Of a DNA stretch of 29,935 nt, positions 19,032 to 27,537 are shown in pieces (within the stretch, counting starts at the first letter, position 1; each line of letters opens with the position of its first letter). The stretch is from the NCBI GenBank assembly GCA_041690595.1, contig JAWLHB010000032.1:62001-91935 (forward strand), read 5' to 3'. This DNA is from Lentisphaeria bacterium (GTDB taxonomy: Bacteria; Verrucomicrobiota; Lentisphaeria; JABSQK01; JAWLHB01). Under the pieces are notes generated by a model, which saw only the letters and a list, made by a program, of their open reading frames with translations, ran no database searches and had not been told where the DNA came from. A program made the translations under genes and the position numbers.

Positions 19032-19144
19032 TGACGCGCGATAGCCAAAAAAGTGGAGATTAACGTTGATATCGCGTGGAGAAGCTCCACATTGAGCGTG
19101 TTCGCCCTTAATCCGTCAACGCGAAACGCCACAGGAATTTCCAC

Positions 19145-19900
19145 ATGGCCGCCCCAATCTCCATTCAGCTCTATACCGTTCGCGAGCTTGCGAAAGACAA
19201 CTACGCCGGTGTCGTCCGCCGGATCGCTGACATCGGTTACATCGGCGTGGAGCCAGCCGGCTTCCCCGGCACCACGCTAGCGGAAGCGAAGAAGCTCTAC
19301 AAGGAGCTTGGCCTTCAGATTTCCAGCGCGCATTGCCCCATGCCCGTCGGCGAGAACAAACAGCAGAGCCTGGACATGGCTGGCGAGCTGGGCTGCAAGT
19401 ACATCGTCTCCGGCTTCGGCCCGAGCGAGTTCGATAGCGTCGACAAGATTCGCGCCACCTGCAACACCTTCAACGCCGCCGCGCAGGCTGCCTCCGAGAA
19501 GGGGCTCAAGTTCGCGATCCACAACCATTGGTGGGAATTCCTCGAAGTCGAAGGCCGGCGCGCCTATCAGTACATGCTCGAGATGCTCGAGCCCAATGTC
19601 TACTTCGAACTGGACACCTACTGGGCCCAGACCGGCGGTTGCGATCCCGCCAAGGTCGTTGCCGAACTCGGCAGCCGCGCACCGCTCCTCCACATCAAGG
19701 ATGGTCCCTGCGTGAAGGAACTCGCCATGACCGCCGTTGGCCAGGGCAAGGTCGACTTCCCCGCCATCGTGAAGGCCGCCGGCGCCAACACGGAATGGAT
19801 GATCGTCGAGCTGGATCGCTGCGACACGGACATGATGGACGCGGTTCGCGAGAGCTATGATTATCTGACCAGCAATGGTCTGGCGGATGGAAACAAGTAA
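19145..19900 (+). CDS. Sugar phosphate isomerase/epimerase (xylose isomerase-like TIM barrel)
   Basis: Motifs IQLYTVRE, IHNHWWEF, FELDTYW, LHIKD and IVELD. Confidence 0.92.
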   Translation: MAAPISIQLYTVRELAKDNYAGVVRRIADIGYIGVEPAGFPGTTLAEAKKLYKELGLQISSAHCPMPVGENKQQSLDMAGELGCKYIVSGFGPSEFDSVDKIRATCNTFNAAAQAASEKGLKFAIHNHWWEFLEVEGRRAYQYMLEMLEPNVYFELDTYWAQTGGCDPAKVVAELGSRAPLLHIKDGPCVKELAMTAVGQGKVDFPAIVKAAGANTEWMIVELDRCDTDMMDAVRESYDYLTSNGLADGNK

Positions 19901-20699
19901 GCCACTGCCACTGTGGGAAAGCGGCGCGCCGGGGATCTCCTCGGCGACGCCGTGCCAGGTGCCGACGATCACGCCTTACAGTGTCGCCGGCGCCGCCCTC
20001 CGTCCCGCCATCGTGGTCTGTCCCGGTGGGGGTTACGGGCATCTTGCACCCCATGAGGGTGGCCCCATTGCCGAATGGCTGGACGGCATCGGCATAGCCG
20101 GCTTCGTCTGCCATTATCGGGTCGCTCCCTATCGCGATCCGTGGCCCGCCACCGATGCGCGGCGCGCCATACGCTGGGTGCGGCACCATGCCGCCCGCTA
20201 CGGGGTCGATCCCACCCGCGTGGGCATCCTCGGTTTTTCCGCCGGGGGGCATCTGGCCGCGTATGCCTCGACGCATGGAGCCGATCCGCACCCCGAGCCG
20301 CGGGATGCCATCGATGCGGAGCGCGGTCGCCCGGATTGCGCGGTGCTCTGCTATCCGGTCATCTCCTTCGAGAGCTGGGGACACATCGGATCCGCCCGCA
20401 ACCTGCTGGGTCGAGAACCGACGGCCGACGATCATCGGGAGTTTTCCAATCACCTGCATGTCGACGGCGATACGCCGCCCACCTTCCTCTGGCATACGGC
20501 CGACGATGCGGGCGTCTCGGTAGAGAACAGCCTGCGCCACGCGCTGGCGTGCCGCGCGGCCAACGTTCCCTGCGAGCTGCATTCGTTTCCCAGCGGGCCG
20601 CATGGCCTGGGACTGGCGCCCAAGCATCCGCATGTGGCGCAGTGGAGCGCGCTGTGCGCCAACTGGCTCGCGCAGCTCGGTTGGCGTGCGGCTACGTAA
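19887..20699 (+). CDS. Alpha/beta hydrolase (carbohydrate esterase-like)
   Basis: Motifs CPGGGY, GFSAGGH nucleophile elbow, TADDAGV and GPHGLG. ATG 19887 overlaps the upstream 3' end. Confidence 0.92.
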   Translation: METSKPLPLWESGAPGISSATPCQVPTITPYSVAGAALRPAIVVCPGGGYGHLAPHEGGPIAEWLDGIGIAGFVCHYRVAPYRDPWPATDARRAIRWVRHHAARYGVDPTRVGILGFSAGGHLAAYASTHGADPHPEPRDAIDAERGRPDCAVLCYPVISFESWGHIGSARNLLGREPTADDHREFSNHLHVDGDTPPTFLWHTADDAGVSVENSLRHALACRAANVPCELHSFPSGPHGLGLAPKHPHVAQWSALCANWLAQLGWRAAT

Positions 20700-21747
20700 T
20701 CAGCATGCAGTCGCCATAACTGAAAAAGCGAAAGCGAGCCGCGATTGCCCGGCGATAGGCAGCCAGAACGGCGTCCCTGTCGGCAAAGGTCGAGACCAGC
20801 ATCAGCAGGGTGGACTTGGGCAGGTGGAAGTTGGTGAGGAGTCCATCGACGGCGCGCGGCGTGTAGGGGGGATAGAGGAAGATGCGCGTGGCACCCTGCT
20901 GAGGCTGAACCGAACCGTCGGCGGTGACGCAGCTTTCGAGGACGCGCACGCTGGTGGTGCCGATGGCGATCACCCGTCCGCCCCGTTGGCGTGCTGAATT
21001 GACGATCGCGGCCTGTTCCGCGTCGAGCTCGAAGATCTCCTCGTGCATGACGTGGTCGCGGATCCGTTCGGTACTCACGGGCCGGAAGGTGCCGGGGCCG
21101 ACGTGCAGGGTCACGCGGGCGAGGTGGATGCCAGCGGCCTGGATCTCCGCCAGCAGCTCCGGGGTGAAGTGCAGCCCCGCCGTGGGCGCCGCCACCGAGC
21201 CGGGCACGCGAGCGTAGACCGTCTGGTAGCGCTCGCGATCCAGCTCGGTCGCCTGACGGGTGATGTAGGGGGGAAGGGGCACCTGGCCGCACCGCGCCAG
21301 GAGTTCCTCGACGTCTGCGTCATCGAAGGCGATCAGGTAGGTTCCTTCCTCTGCCCGGTCGAGAATCGTGTAGGTGACCTGCGCGTTGCGCTCCAACCGC
21401 ACCACGGTGCCCGGCTTCACGCGCTTGCCGGGGCGCAGCATCGCCTGCCACCGGCCATCGCCCAGGTCGCGCATCAGCAGCGCTTCGATCCGGGCGGCCC
21501 CTCCCTCCTTGGCGCCGAAGAGGCGGGCGGCCATCACCTTTGAATCGTTGAGGACGAGGCAGTCGCCCGGCCGCAGAAAGGAGGGCAGCTCGCTGAAGGC
21601 GTGAAGCGAGGTGGCGCCGGTGCGGCGATCCAGGGTGAGCAGACGCGACTCGGAACGCCGTTCGGCCGGGTACTGGGCGATCAGCTCGTCGGGCAGCTCG
21701 TAATCGAAATCTTCAGCGCGCCAGTCGCGCGACTCCTCCATGGCCAC
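20692..21747 (-). CDS. queA: S-adenosylmethionine:tRNA ribosyltransferase-isomerase
   Basis: Motifs DFDYELPDELIAQYP, PLPPYI, YQTVYA, GSVAAPTAGLHFT, TLHVGPGTF, TNFHLPKSTL and FFSYGD. Start is GTG 21747 or ATG 21741. Confidence 0.97.
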   Translation of the reverse strand: MAMEESRDWRAEDFDYELPDELIAQYPAERRSESRLLTLDRRTGATSLHAFSELPSFLRPGDCLVLNDSKVMAARLFGAKEGGAARIEALLMRDLGDGRWQAMLRPGKRVKPGTVVRLERNAQVTYTILDRAEEGTYLIAFDDADVEELLARCGQVPLPPYITRQATELDRERYQTVYARVPGSVAAPTAGLHFTPELLAEIQAAGIHLARVTLHVGPGTFRPVSTERIRDHVMHEEIFELDAEQAAIVNSARQRGGRVIAIGTTSVRVLESCVTADGSVQPQQGATRIFLYPPYTPRAVDGLLTNFHLPKSTLLMLVSTFADRDAVLAAYRRAIAARFRFFSYGDCMLIT

Positions 21748-21750
21748 GGC

Positions 21751-22206
21751 TCAGCCCTTCAAGCGCATGACCTGCTGCATGCGCTTGTTCGACTCGCGTT
21801 CCTTGATCGACTCGCGTTTGTCGTACTGCCGTTTGCCCTTGCAGATGCCGAGCTGCACCTTGACGCGCGAATCCTTGAGGTAGACCGAGAGGGGGATGAG
21901 GGTGAGTCCCTTCTGCTGCGTGGCCTGGGAGAGCTTGCCGATCTCCTTCCTGTGGACGAGGAGGCGGCGCTTGCGGTTCGGCTCGTGGTTTTCCCGCATG
22001 GAGGCGTCGTTGTAGGGGCTGATGTGCACGTTGTGCAGCCAGAGTTCACCGTTCTCGACGGCGGCATAGCCGTCCGTGAGGGTGATCTGGTTGCCGCGAC
22101 AGGACTTCACCTCGGTGCCCCGCAGCTCGATTCCAGCTTCCAGGCTATCCTCGACGTGATAGTCGTGAAAAGCCTTCCTATTCTTTACCAGTTCCTTGAT
22201 CGCCAC
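21751..22206 (-). CDS. smpB: SsrA-binding protein SmpB
   Basis: Motifs NRKAFHDY, EAGIELRGTEVKS, RRLLVHRKEI and KGKRQYDKRESIK. GTG 22206 follows GGAG and gives 151 aa. Confidence 0.97.
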   Translation of the reverse strand: MAIKELVKNRKAFHDYHVEDSLEAGIELRGTEVKSCRGNQITLTDGYAAVENGELWLHNVHISPYNDASMRENHEPNRKRRLLVHRKEIGKLSQATQQKGLTLIPLSVYLKDSRVKVQLGICKGKRQYDKRESIKERESNKRMQQVMRLKG

Positions 22207-22229
22207 GCGTCCGTCACTCCAGTAATGCC

Positions 22230-22257
22230 TTGAAAAGTCCGTTACATACAGTAAGAT
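22230..22257 (+). promoter_or_regulatory. Putative sigma70 promoter for tRNA-Arg
   Basis: TTGAAA-16 nt-TAAGAT, ending 36 bp before the tRNA 5' end. Confidence 0.5.
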
Positions 22258-22293
22258 AAAGCGGTCAGACTGCAAGCGGCCAGCTCTACTCGT

Positions 22294-22369
<76 letters not shown>

Positions 22370-22506
22370 CCTTTTCCGGATGGTGAATTACACCACTTTG
22401 TTGCGCTGCGCTTGGTGCCTTTCACCATGCGGCGCCGCGAGAATAGCGCCCCGTCGGTGATGCAACCTGTTGTGCCGCAAGGACTTACGACGCTCAGGCG
22501 GTGTCT

Positions 22507-22522
22507 TGGCGCGTAATGGGCT
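22507..22522 (+). promoter_or_regulatory. Possible sigma54 promoter for the PspA-like pair
   Basis: TGGCGCG-TAAT-GGGCT has GG-N10-GC spacing with a weak -12. Two inverted CAA-N4-TTR (IHF-like) cores lie just upstream, about 22463-22487. Confidence 0.35.
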
Positions 22523-22580
22523 AATGGGGTGAGGTACTTGCGCGGCGTCGGGTTGACGCCAAACCCATGGAGATTCACCA

Positions 22581-23336
22581 ATGAGTATACTTTCCCGCCT
22601 CCGACTTGTTGTACGTGCCCGGTTGAACGACGCCATCGACGACATGGAAGATCCACTGCACCTGGTCGACCAGGCCATCACCGATCTGGAGAGGAGTTTG
22701 CAGGCGTGCCGCCGGCAAGTCACGGACGCTCGGGGCTCCTGCCGGCTCCTCGAGCATCGTCTGGAGCAGAACCGGCGTGAACGCGACCTGCGCCAGCACG
22801 ACGCCAAGCTGGCGGTCGACGCCGGCAAGGATGCGCTCGCCCGGGAAGCCCTGAAGCGCCGCCTCGCGCTGGATGAGCTGGAAGGATCCCTCGAAGAGCA
22901 GTTGGAAGAAGCGCGGCGGATGAGCGATCAGCTGCAATCCGACCTTGTCGTCTATGAGGGGAAGCTGCAGGAAGCGAAGCTGCGGCGGGAGCTGCTGGTC
23001 ACCCGCACCCGCGCGGCCACGCTGCGACGGCAGGTGGCGGAACAGACGTCCCGTCTGGAGCAGATTCCCGAGGCAACCATCGCCACCGGAACCTTCGACG
23101 AGTTCACGCAGGCGGTGGTAGCCTGTGAGGAGAATCTGCGCCGCATGCAGAGCACGTCGGAAGCGGTGCGCGGCCTCGTCGATCACGTGCCGGAGCTTGC
23201 CTTCGAGCGCTTGCGTGTGGACCAGGCAGTTGAGAACGAGCTGCGGGAGTTGAAGACGACAAAGGCGCCGCCACCAGCGGCGAAGGCGAAGGCGCCCAGT
23301 CGCGGCAAGCCCCGCCAAAGCGGGAAGGAGGGTTGA
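22581..23336 (+). CDS. PspA/IM30 (Vipp1, ESCRT-III-like) family protein 1
   Basis: N-terminus MSILSRLRLVVRARLNDAIDDMEDP, AGKDALAREAL, a coiled coil and VENELRELK, followed by a basic Pro/Ala tail. RBS GGAG. Confidence 0.88.
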   Translation: MSILSRLRLVVRARLNDAIDDMEDPLHLVDQAITDLERSLQACRRQVTDARGSCRLLEHRLEQNRRERDLRQHDAKLAVDAGKDALAREALKRRLALDELEGSLEEQLEEARRMSDQLQSDLVVYEGKLQEAKLRRELLVTRTRAATLRRQVAEQTSRLEQIPEATIATGTFDEFTQAVVACEENLRRMQSTSEAVRGLVDHVPELAFERLRVDQAVENELRELKTTKAPPPAAKAKAPSRGKPRQSGKEG

Positions 23337-23339
23337 GCC

Positions 23340-23954
23340 ATGAGCATCGTCAAACGTCTCAAAGAGCTGCTCAACGCGAGCCTCAACGACATGATCGACG
23401 GGCTGGAAGATCCGCGGGCGATGATCAACCAGTTGATCCGGGATCTGGATGCATCGATCCTCGAATCGCGGCGTCAGCTCACGGATGCGCTGGCGCAGCA
23501 GCAGATCGTTCGTCACCGCCTGGAGAAGGCGAAGAATGACGTGGGGAAGTGGCAGGAGCATGCGCAGCTTGCGGTGAACAACAAGCGGGATGACCTGGCG
23601 CGGGAAGCGCTGCGGCGCAAGCAGCAGGCGGAGCGGGATGTCGAGGCGATCCGCGAGCAACTGTCGCAGTCGGAACAGGCGGTGATCGACCTGCGCCGTC
23701 AGCTCGAACTGTTGGCGGAGAAGGCGCAGGAGGCGCGCCGGAAACGGGATACGCTGCTCAGCCGCCAGCGCCCCACCCCACCGGCAACGGCGAACCAGAT
23801 CATTACCGGGTTCGATTCCTTTGCCAAGCTGGAAGAAGGGATCATCCGCCAGCGCGCAGCCACGGAGCCGGACGTGGAAACGGCATGCGACACGCTGAAG
23901 CGTGAAGCGAGTATCGATGCCGAGCTGGAGAAGTTGAAGGCCAGGCAGGGCTGA
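23340..23954 (+). CDS. PspA/IM30 family protein 2
   Basis: MSIVKRLKELLNASLNDMIDGLEDPRAM, RDDLAREAL and IDAELEKLK. RBS AAGGAGG. Confidence 0.9.
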   Translation: MSIVKRLKELLNASLNDMIDGLEDPRAMINQLIRDLDASILESRRQLTDALAQQQIVRHRLEKAKNDVGKWQEHAQLAVNNKRDDLAREALRRKQQAERDVEAIREQLSQSEQAVIDLRRQLELLAEKAQEARRKRDTLLSRQRPTPPATANQIITGFDSFAKLEEGIIRQRAATEPDVETACDTLKREASIDAELEKLKARQG

Positions 23955-24024
23955 TCGTGTTCTCTCGTGCCGCCGGCGTGCATGGTTGTTACGCCATTGA
24001 CAACATGCGCGCCGGCTTCCGGCT

Positions 24025-25977
24025 TCAGAAGTAATAGGCCAGGCGGAGCTGCGCTTCGGTGGTGGCTTCGCCGTAGTTCTCGCGGGCGGCGAGATCGAGG
24101 AGGATGGCGGTGTTGTAGCGGAGGGTGTAGCGGCCGCGCACGACGGCTTCGAGCAGGGTATGGGTATCGCCGATCGGGTATTCGATGCCGCGCAGGAAGG
24201 CCTGCACCTTCACGCGGTCGCTCAGAGTCGTCAAAATACCGGCCGATGCCCCCATGCCGATGGCATAGTCCGCACCGCCACCACCGACCCGCACATCGGC
24301 TTCGAGAAGGGCATAGACCATGCTGGCTCGGCCGGCATTCCACACGTAGCCACCACCGGTGTTGAGGAAGGCCTGGTGACGCAGATCGCCATCCTCGACA
24401 CGCTCGCGGGCAATGCCGGTGCGGATTATCCACGAGACCGGGGAAAAGAACTCATCGCGAGGGGAGAGGGAGACGATCGTCAAGGCATCGAGGCGCTGCA
24501 GCTCGGGCAGCTCGTCGTTCTCGTACCATCGGGCGGTGATGCCGAGAAACTGAATCTCGGATCCTTCGACAAAGCCGGTTTCCGGATCGAGGAGGTCGTG
24601 ATAGGCGGGACGCAGGGAGAACTCGCCGAAGGCTTCCCCATCGTCAACGCCGCCACCCATGGTGAGGCGGGCGGATGGGTGGCCGTGATCCGGCTGGCCG
24701 GGGCGCGGCACCGCCGGCAGATACTCGTCCGGCGGATCGAGCTGACTGCGGGCCAGCAGCAGGCTCCTGAAACGGGGAACATACTCTTCGCGGCTGACCT
24801 TCTTGCGGCCAAACTGGCTCTGCAAGCCCTCCGCCGCCAGATCGAGCACCTTGGCGCGCCGCGCGACCTCATCATCGGGCACCTCCGTCTCCTCCGGCGG
24901 GAAGGCCTCGGCGGGGGTGGTCTGGCCACGGGCGAGCTCACGGGAGAGCCGGCGATCGTCGGGGGGCAACTGTCTGGCGATATGGCGGACGTTGGTCGCC
25001 TTGCTTGGGCGGTAGACGATCTCGCCGACGAGTCCGGCCTGGGTGACGAGGTGGACGGTGTCGAGGGGGATGACCCACGGTCGCGTCTCGTTGACCAGCT
25101 TGAGGCCGGGTCGGGCGGCCTCCAGGAGGAAGAGGAGCTGGTAGGAGCAGTTTTCGTCGAAGAAGTAGTAGTCGGCATAGACCTCGGCCACTTCCCAGAC
25201 ATGGAGCATCATGCGGCGGATTTCGTCCTTGTCGAAGGAGAGGGTGAACTCCCAGATGTCCCGCTGGCTGATGTCGTTGTAGTCGCGCACCTTGCGGTGG
25301 TAGGGCATGACGTTGTAGTGGCCGGGGTAGAGGCCGAAGATGCCTTTGAAGGCGAAGACGATGCCATTGGTCTCCTGCGTCAGGGCGGCATAGTTGATGG
25401 CATGATTGAGCAGCTCGCTGGCGTGCTCGCTCTTGATGCTCAGGAGGGTATGGCCGAAGAGGGAGGCGGGGCTGTTCATGTAGGCGGCGGGATAGATCAG
25501 CGAGAGAGCCTGGGGCTGGATGCGCTCGAGGATCAGCTCCAGTTCCGGACAGGTGGGCAGCGCCAGCAGGTCGGAGGGGATTTCCAGCTTTTCTGCCAGC
25601 CAGGCCTGCCGCGCGGGAAAGCGGCAACCGGCATGCTCCTTTTCGACCTCACCGACCGGCTGCAGGATGGCGCGGAGGGTAGCATGGAGTTCGGCGCGCG
25701 GGTTGGTCGCGCCATTGGGCGCGAGAAAGAACTTGGGATCGTCAATCAGGCTGCGGTCACCGAAGAGTCCGGGACGGACGTGGAGGAGGACCAGCCAGTA
25801 GGGATCCTCATGCAGGGCGAGGCGGTCGGCCTGCTGGATGAAGAGGTCTGCTTCACTGGGAGGTGAAAGCAGATCAGCCTCGGCTTCGCGCAGTGGCAAA
25901 GCCGAGGCTGAGAGCAGCAGGATCATCCCCCCCAGAAGGGAGATGATGCTGCCGGTCGATCGTACAAATCGGCTCAA
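24025..25977 (-). CDS. DUF4105 (Lnb N-terminal-like) domain protein with beta-rich C-terminus
   Basis: Motifs CRFPAR, PASLFGHT, RDIWEF, DYYFFDENCSY and RPAYHDLLD. Start is uncertain (TTG 25977 or ATG 25926); the 26103 ORF start lies inside the upstream gene. Confidence 0.85.
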   Translation of the reverse strand: MSRFVRSTGSIISLLGGMILLLSASALPLREAEADLLSPPSEADLFIQQADRLALHEDPYWLVLLHVRPGLFGDRSLIDDPKFFLAPNGATNPRAELHATLRAILQPVGEVEKEHAGCRFPARQAWLAEKLEIPSDLLALPTCPELELILERIQPQALSLIYPAAYMNSPASLFGHTLLSIKSEHASELLNHAINYAALTQETNGIVFAFKGIFGLYPGHYNVMPYHRKVRDYNDISQRDIWEFTLSFDKDEIRRMMLHVWEVAEVYADYYFFDENCSYQLLFLLEAARPGLKLVNETRPWVIPLDTVHLVTQAGLVGEIVYRPSKATNVRHIARQLPPDDRRLSRELARGQTTPAEAFPPEETEVPDDEVARRAKVLDLAAEGLQSQFGRKKVSREEYVPRFRSLLLARSQLDPPDEYLPAVPRPGQPDHGHPSARLTMGGGVDDGEAFGEFSLRPAYHDLLDPETGFVEGSEIQFLGITARWYENDELPELQRLDALTIVSLSPRDEFFSPVSWIIRTGIARERVEDGDLRHQAFLNTGGGYVWNAGRASMVYALLEADVRVGGGGADYAIGMGASAGILTTLSDRVKVQAFLRGIEYPIGDTHTLLEAVVRGRYTLRYNTAILLDLAARENYGEATTEAQLRLAYYF

Positions 25978-25978
25978 A

Positions 25979-26440
25979 TCAGCCCTTGACGATCTGGTTG
26001 ACGGAGTTGATGACGTCCTGATGTGTGACCTCATCGGAGGCATAGATGGTGGCGAAGTTCTGCTTGAGTGTCTGGCGGACAGCCGGACGGCTGGCCTCCT
26101 CAACCTGCATCAGCTCCACCAGGGTGTCAAGCGATTCACCGGAACCGACGGCGATATCATGGGCAAGATTGTCCATGTTTTCGGCGACGAAGTTTTCCAA
26201 CTTCTGGTTCTGGACGATACTGTCGGGCTGTGAGGCGCCGAGAGTACCGGAGGTGATCGCGAAGGTCTGGTTACCGAAGGTACCGTTAGTGGTCACAGCG
26301 AGGACTTGCGACAACAGACCATCTTGGCCTTCGAAGATCATGTAGCCAAGACCGGCACCTGTGTTGCGTTGGATATCCTGCGCATGGCTCCCAATGGCGA
26401 GCGCGATGAGGACTGAGAAGATGACTGTCAGCTTTTTCAT
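25979..26440 (-). CDS. DUF3015 family exported protein
   Basis: Signal peptide; GAGLG...TTNGTFGNQTFAITSGT; NMDNLAHDIAVGSGESLDTL. RBS AGGAG. Confidence 0.88.
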   Translation of the reverse strand: MKKLTVIFSVLIALAIGSHAQDIQRNTGAGLGYMIFEGQDGLLSQVLAVTTNGTFGNQTFAITSGTLGASQPDSIVQNQKLENFVAENMDNLAHDIAVGSGESLDTLVELMQVEEASRPAVRQTLKQNFATIYASDEVTHQDVINSVNQIVKG

Positions 26441-26586
26441 GTAGAGACTCCTGTACGTTTCAGCTTGTTGGCAAATAAGAGATTGGTTCCTTGTCACAGA
26501 GTGGTCTATCTCCTGGCTTGCCTCCTTTTGCATTGGTTTCAGCATCATGCCCACCTGCCGTTGCGGAAGGTTCGCATTCTACCGTT

Positions 26587-26599
26587 TAAGCTACTGATA
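26587..26599 (-). promoter_or_regulatory. IHF-like site upstream of the DUF3015 gene
   Basis: Minus strand TATCAGTAGCTTA matches WATCAR-N4-TTR. Confidence 0.3.
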
Positions 26600-26782
26600 A
26601 CTTTGTCGGCAATGCAAATACGTCGCCGCACGGGACGGCAACCGCGACTCTCCCGGAAGCGGCCGATCGACAGGAAGAAGCTGTTTATTGACTGCATGGA
26701 TTAGCACCCCATGACATCTTCTTCATCTCAGAAATTTCTTAAGGGTGCATCGAAAAAAATTCTCATGAGGCAAACGCGAAGC

Positions 26783-26816
26783 AAAAAAACCCGCTGCCAT
26801 GGGGGTCGGATTCTTT
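26783..26816 (-). terminator. Probable minus-strand intrinsic terminator abutting the repeat array
   Basis: Minus strand AAAGAATCCG-13 nt-CGGGTTTTTTT. The stem pairs (with G-U) only in the minus-strand transcript. Confidence 0.45.
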
Positions 26817-27290
26817 CACCACGAAGGACACGAAGAGCGCGAAGGGAGCGGGGAGCCGCAAAGGATTAACCACAAGGAACGCAGAGAGCGCAGAGATTCG
26901 TCGCGGGGAGGCGGGGAGGACGGCATTGTTCACCACGAAGGACACGAAGAGCGCGAAGGGAGGACAGAAAGGGACGCGGGCAGGAAGCGGGGCGCTGCCC
27001 CGGACCCCGCTGGGGAGGCGCACCTCCCCAGACCCCTCGGGGCTTTTGGTTATGGGAGAAGGAGACGCGGGCGTCCTTTCTGAGTGAGGCTCAAAGGATT
27101 AACCACAAAGAACGCAGAGAGCGCAAAGATTCGTCGCGGGGAGGCGGGGAGTACGGATCTATGGTCCATGAAGGGCACGAAGAGCGCGAAGGGAGCAAGG
27201 GGCCTCAAAGGATTAACCACAAAGAACGCAGAGAGCGCAAAGATTCGTCGCGGGGAGGCAGGGAGGACGGATCTATGGACCATGAAGGGC
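26815..27290 (+). repeat. Purine-rich 114-bp tandem repeat (alternating A and B sub-units), about 3 copies, interrupted
   Basis: A (TTCACCACGAAGGACACGAAGAGCGCGAAGGGAG) is identical at 26815 and 26929, variant at about 27162 and truncated at about 27276. B (CAAAGGATTAACCACAA...GGAGGACGG, 65 bp) occurs at 26859, 27092 and 27206. Confidence 0.95.
26965..27082. mobile_element. 118-bp non-coding MITE/REP-like element inserted in the repeat array
   Basis: Ends CAGAAAGGGACGC and GCGTCCTTTCTG are inverted repeats with a one-base indel. Internal hairpins GGGGC-GCT-GCCCC and TGGGGAGG-CGCA-CCTCCCCA. Its length explains the extra 119 bp between B copies 1 and 2. Confidence 0.6.
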
Positions 27291-27291
27291 C

Positions 27292-27537
27292 TGGCGAACA
27301 GCAGTTTTACGCTACTTCGCTGCCGATCGAGCAGATTGCTGGCAGGGAACGGGTGCCTTTAGCCTGCAAGAGGATAAATATGCGAGCAGTGCAGCCGCAA
27401 CTGCAGGCTTTGTCTACACTTCCAAGGAGGAACTCCTTGTTTGCCCGGATGCTGATGCTACAGTCTGTACAGCACTGCGGCAGTTCCTGTCGCCCCCTCT
27501 ACCAACTGCAACTACGAGCAGAGAGAGACCGTTGTGA
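27292..27537 (+). pseudogene. Start-less 81-codon ORF, probable 3' remnant of a gene
   Basis: Reads WRTAVLRYFAADRADCWQGTGAFSLQEDKY...RERPL*. It begins where the repeat unit breaks, and its TGA overlaps the GTG at 27534. Confidence 0.4.

Noticed and set aside
26815..27290. CRISPR array
   Set aside because: The sequences between the repeats are themselves repeated rather than unique spacers, and no cas genes are present.
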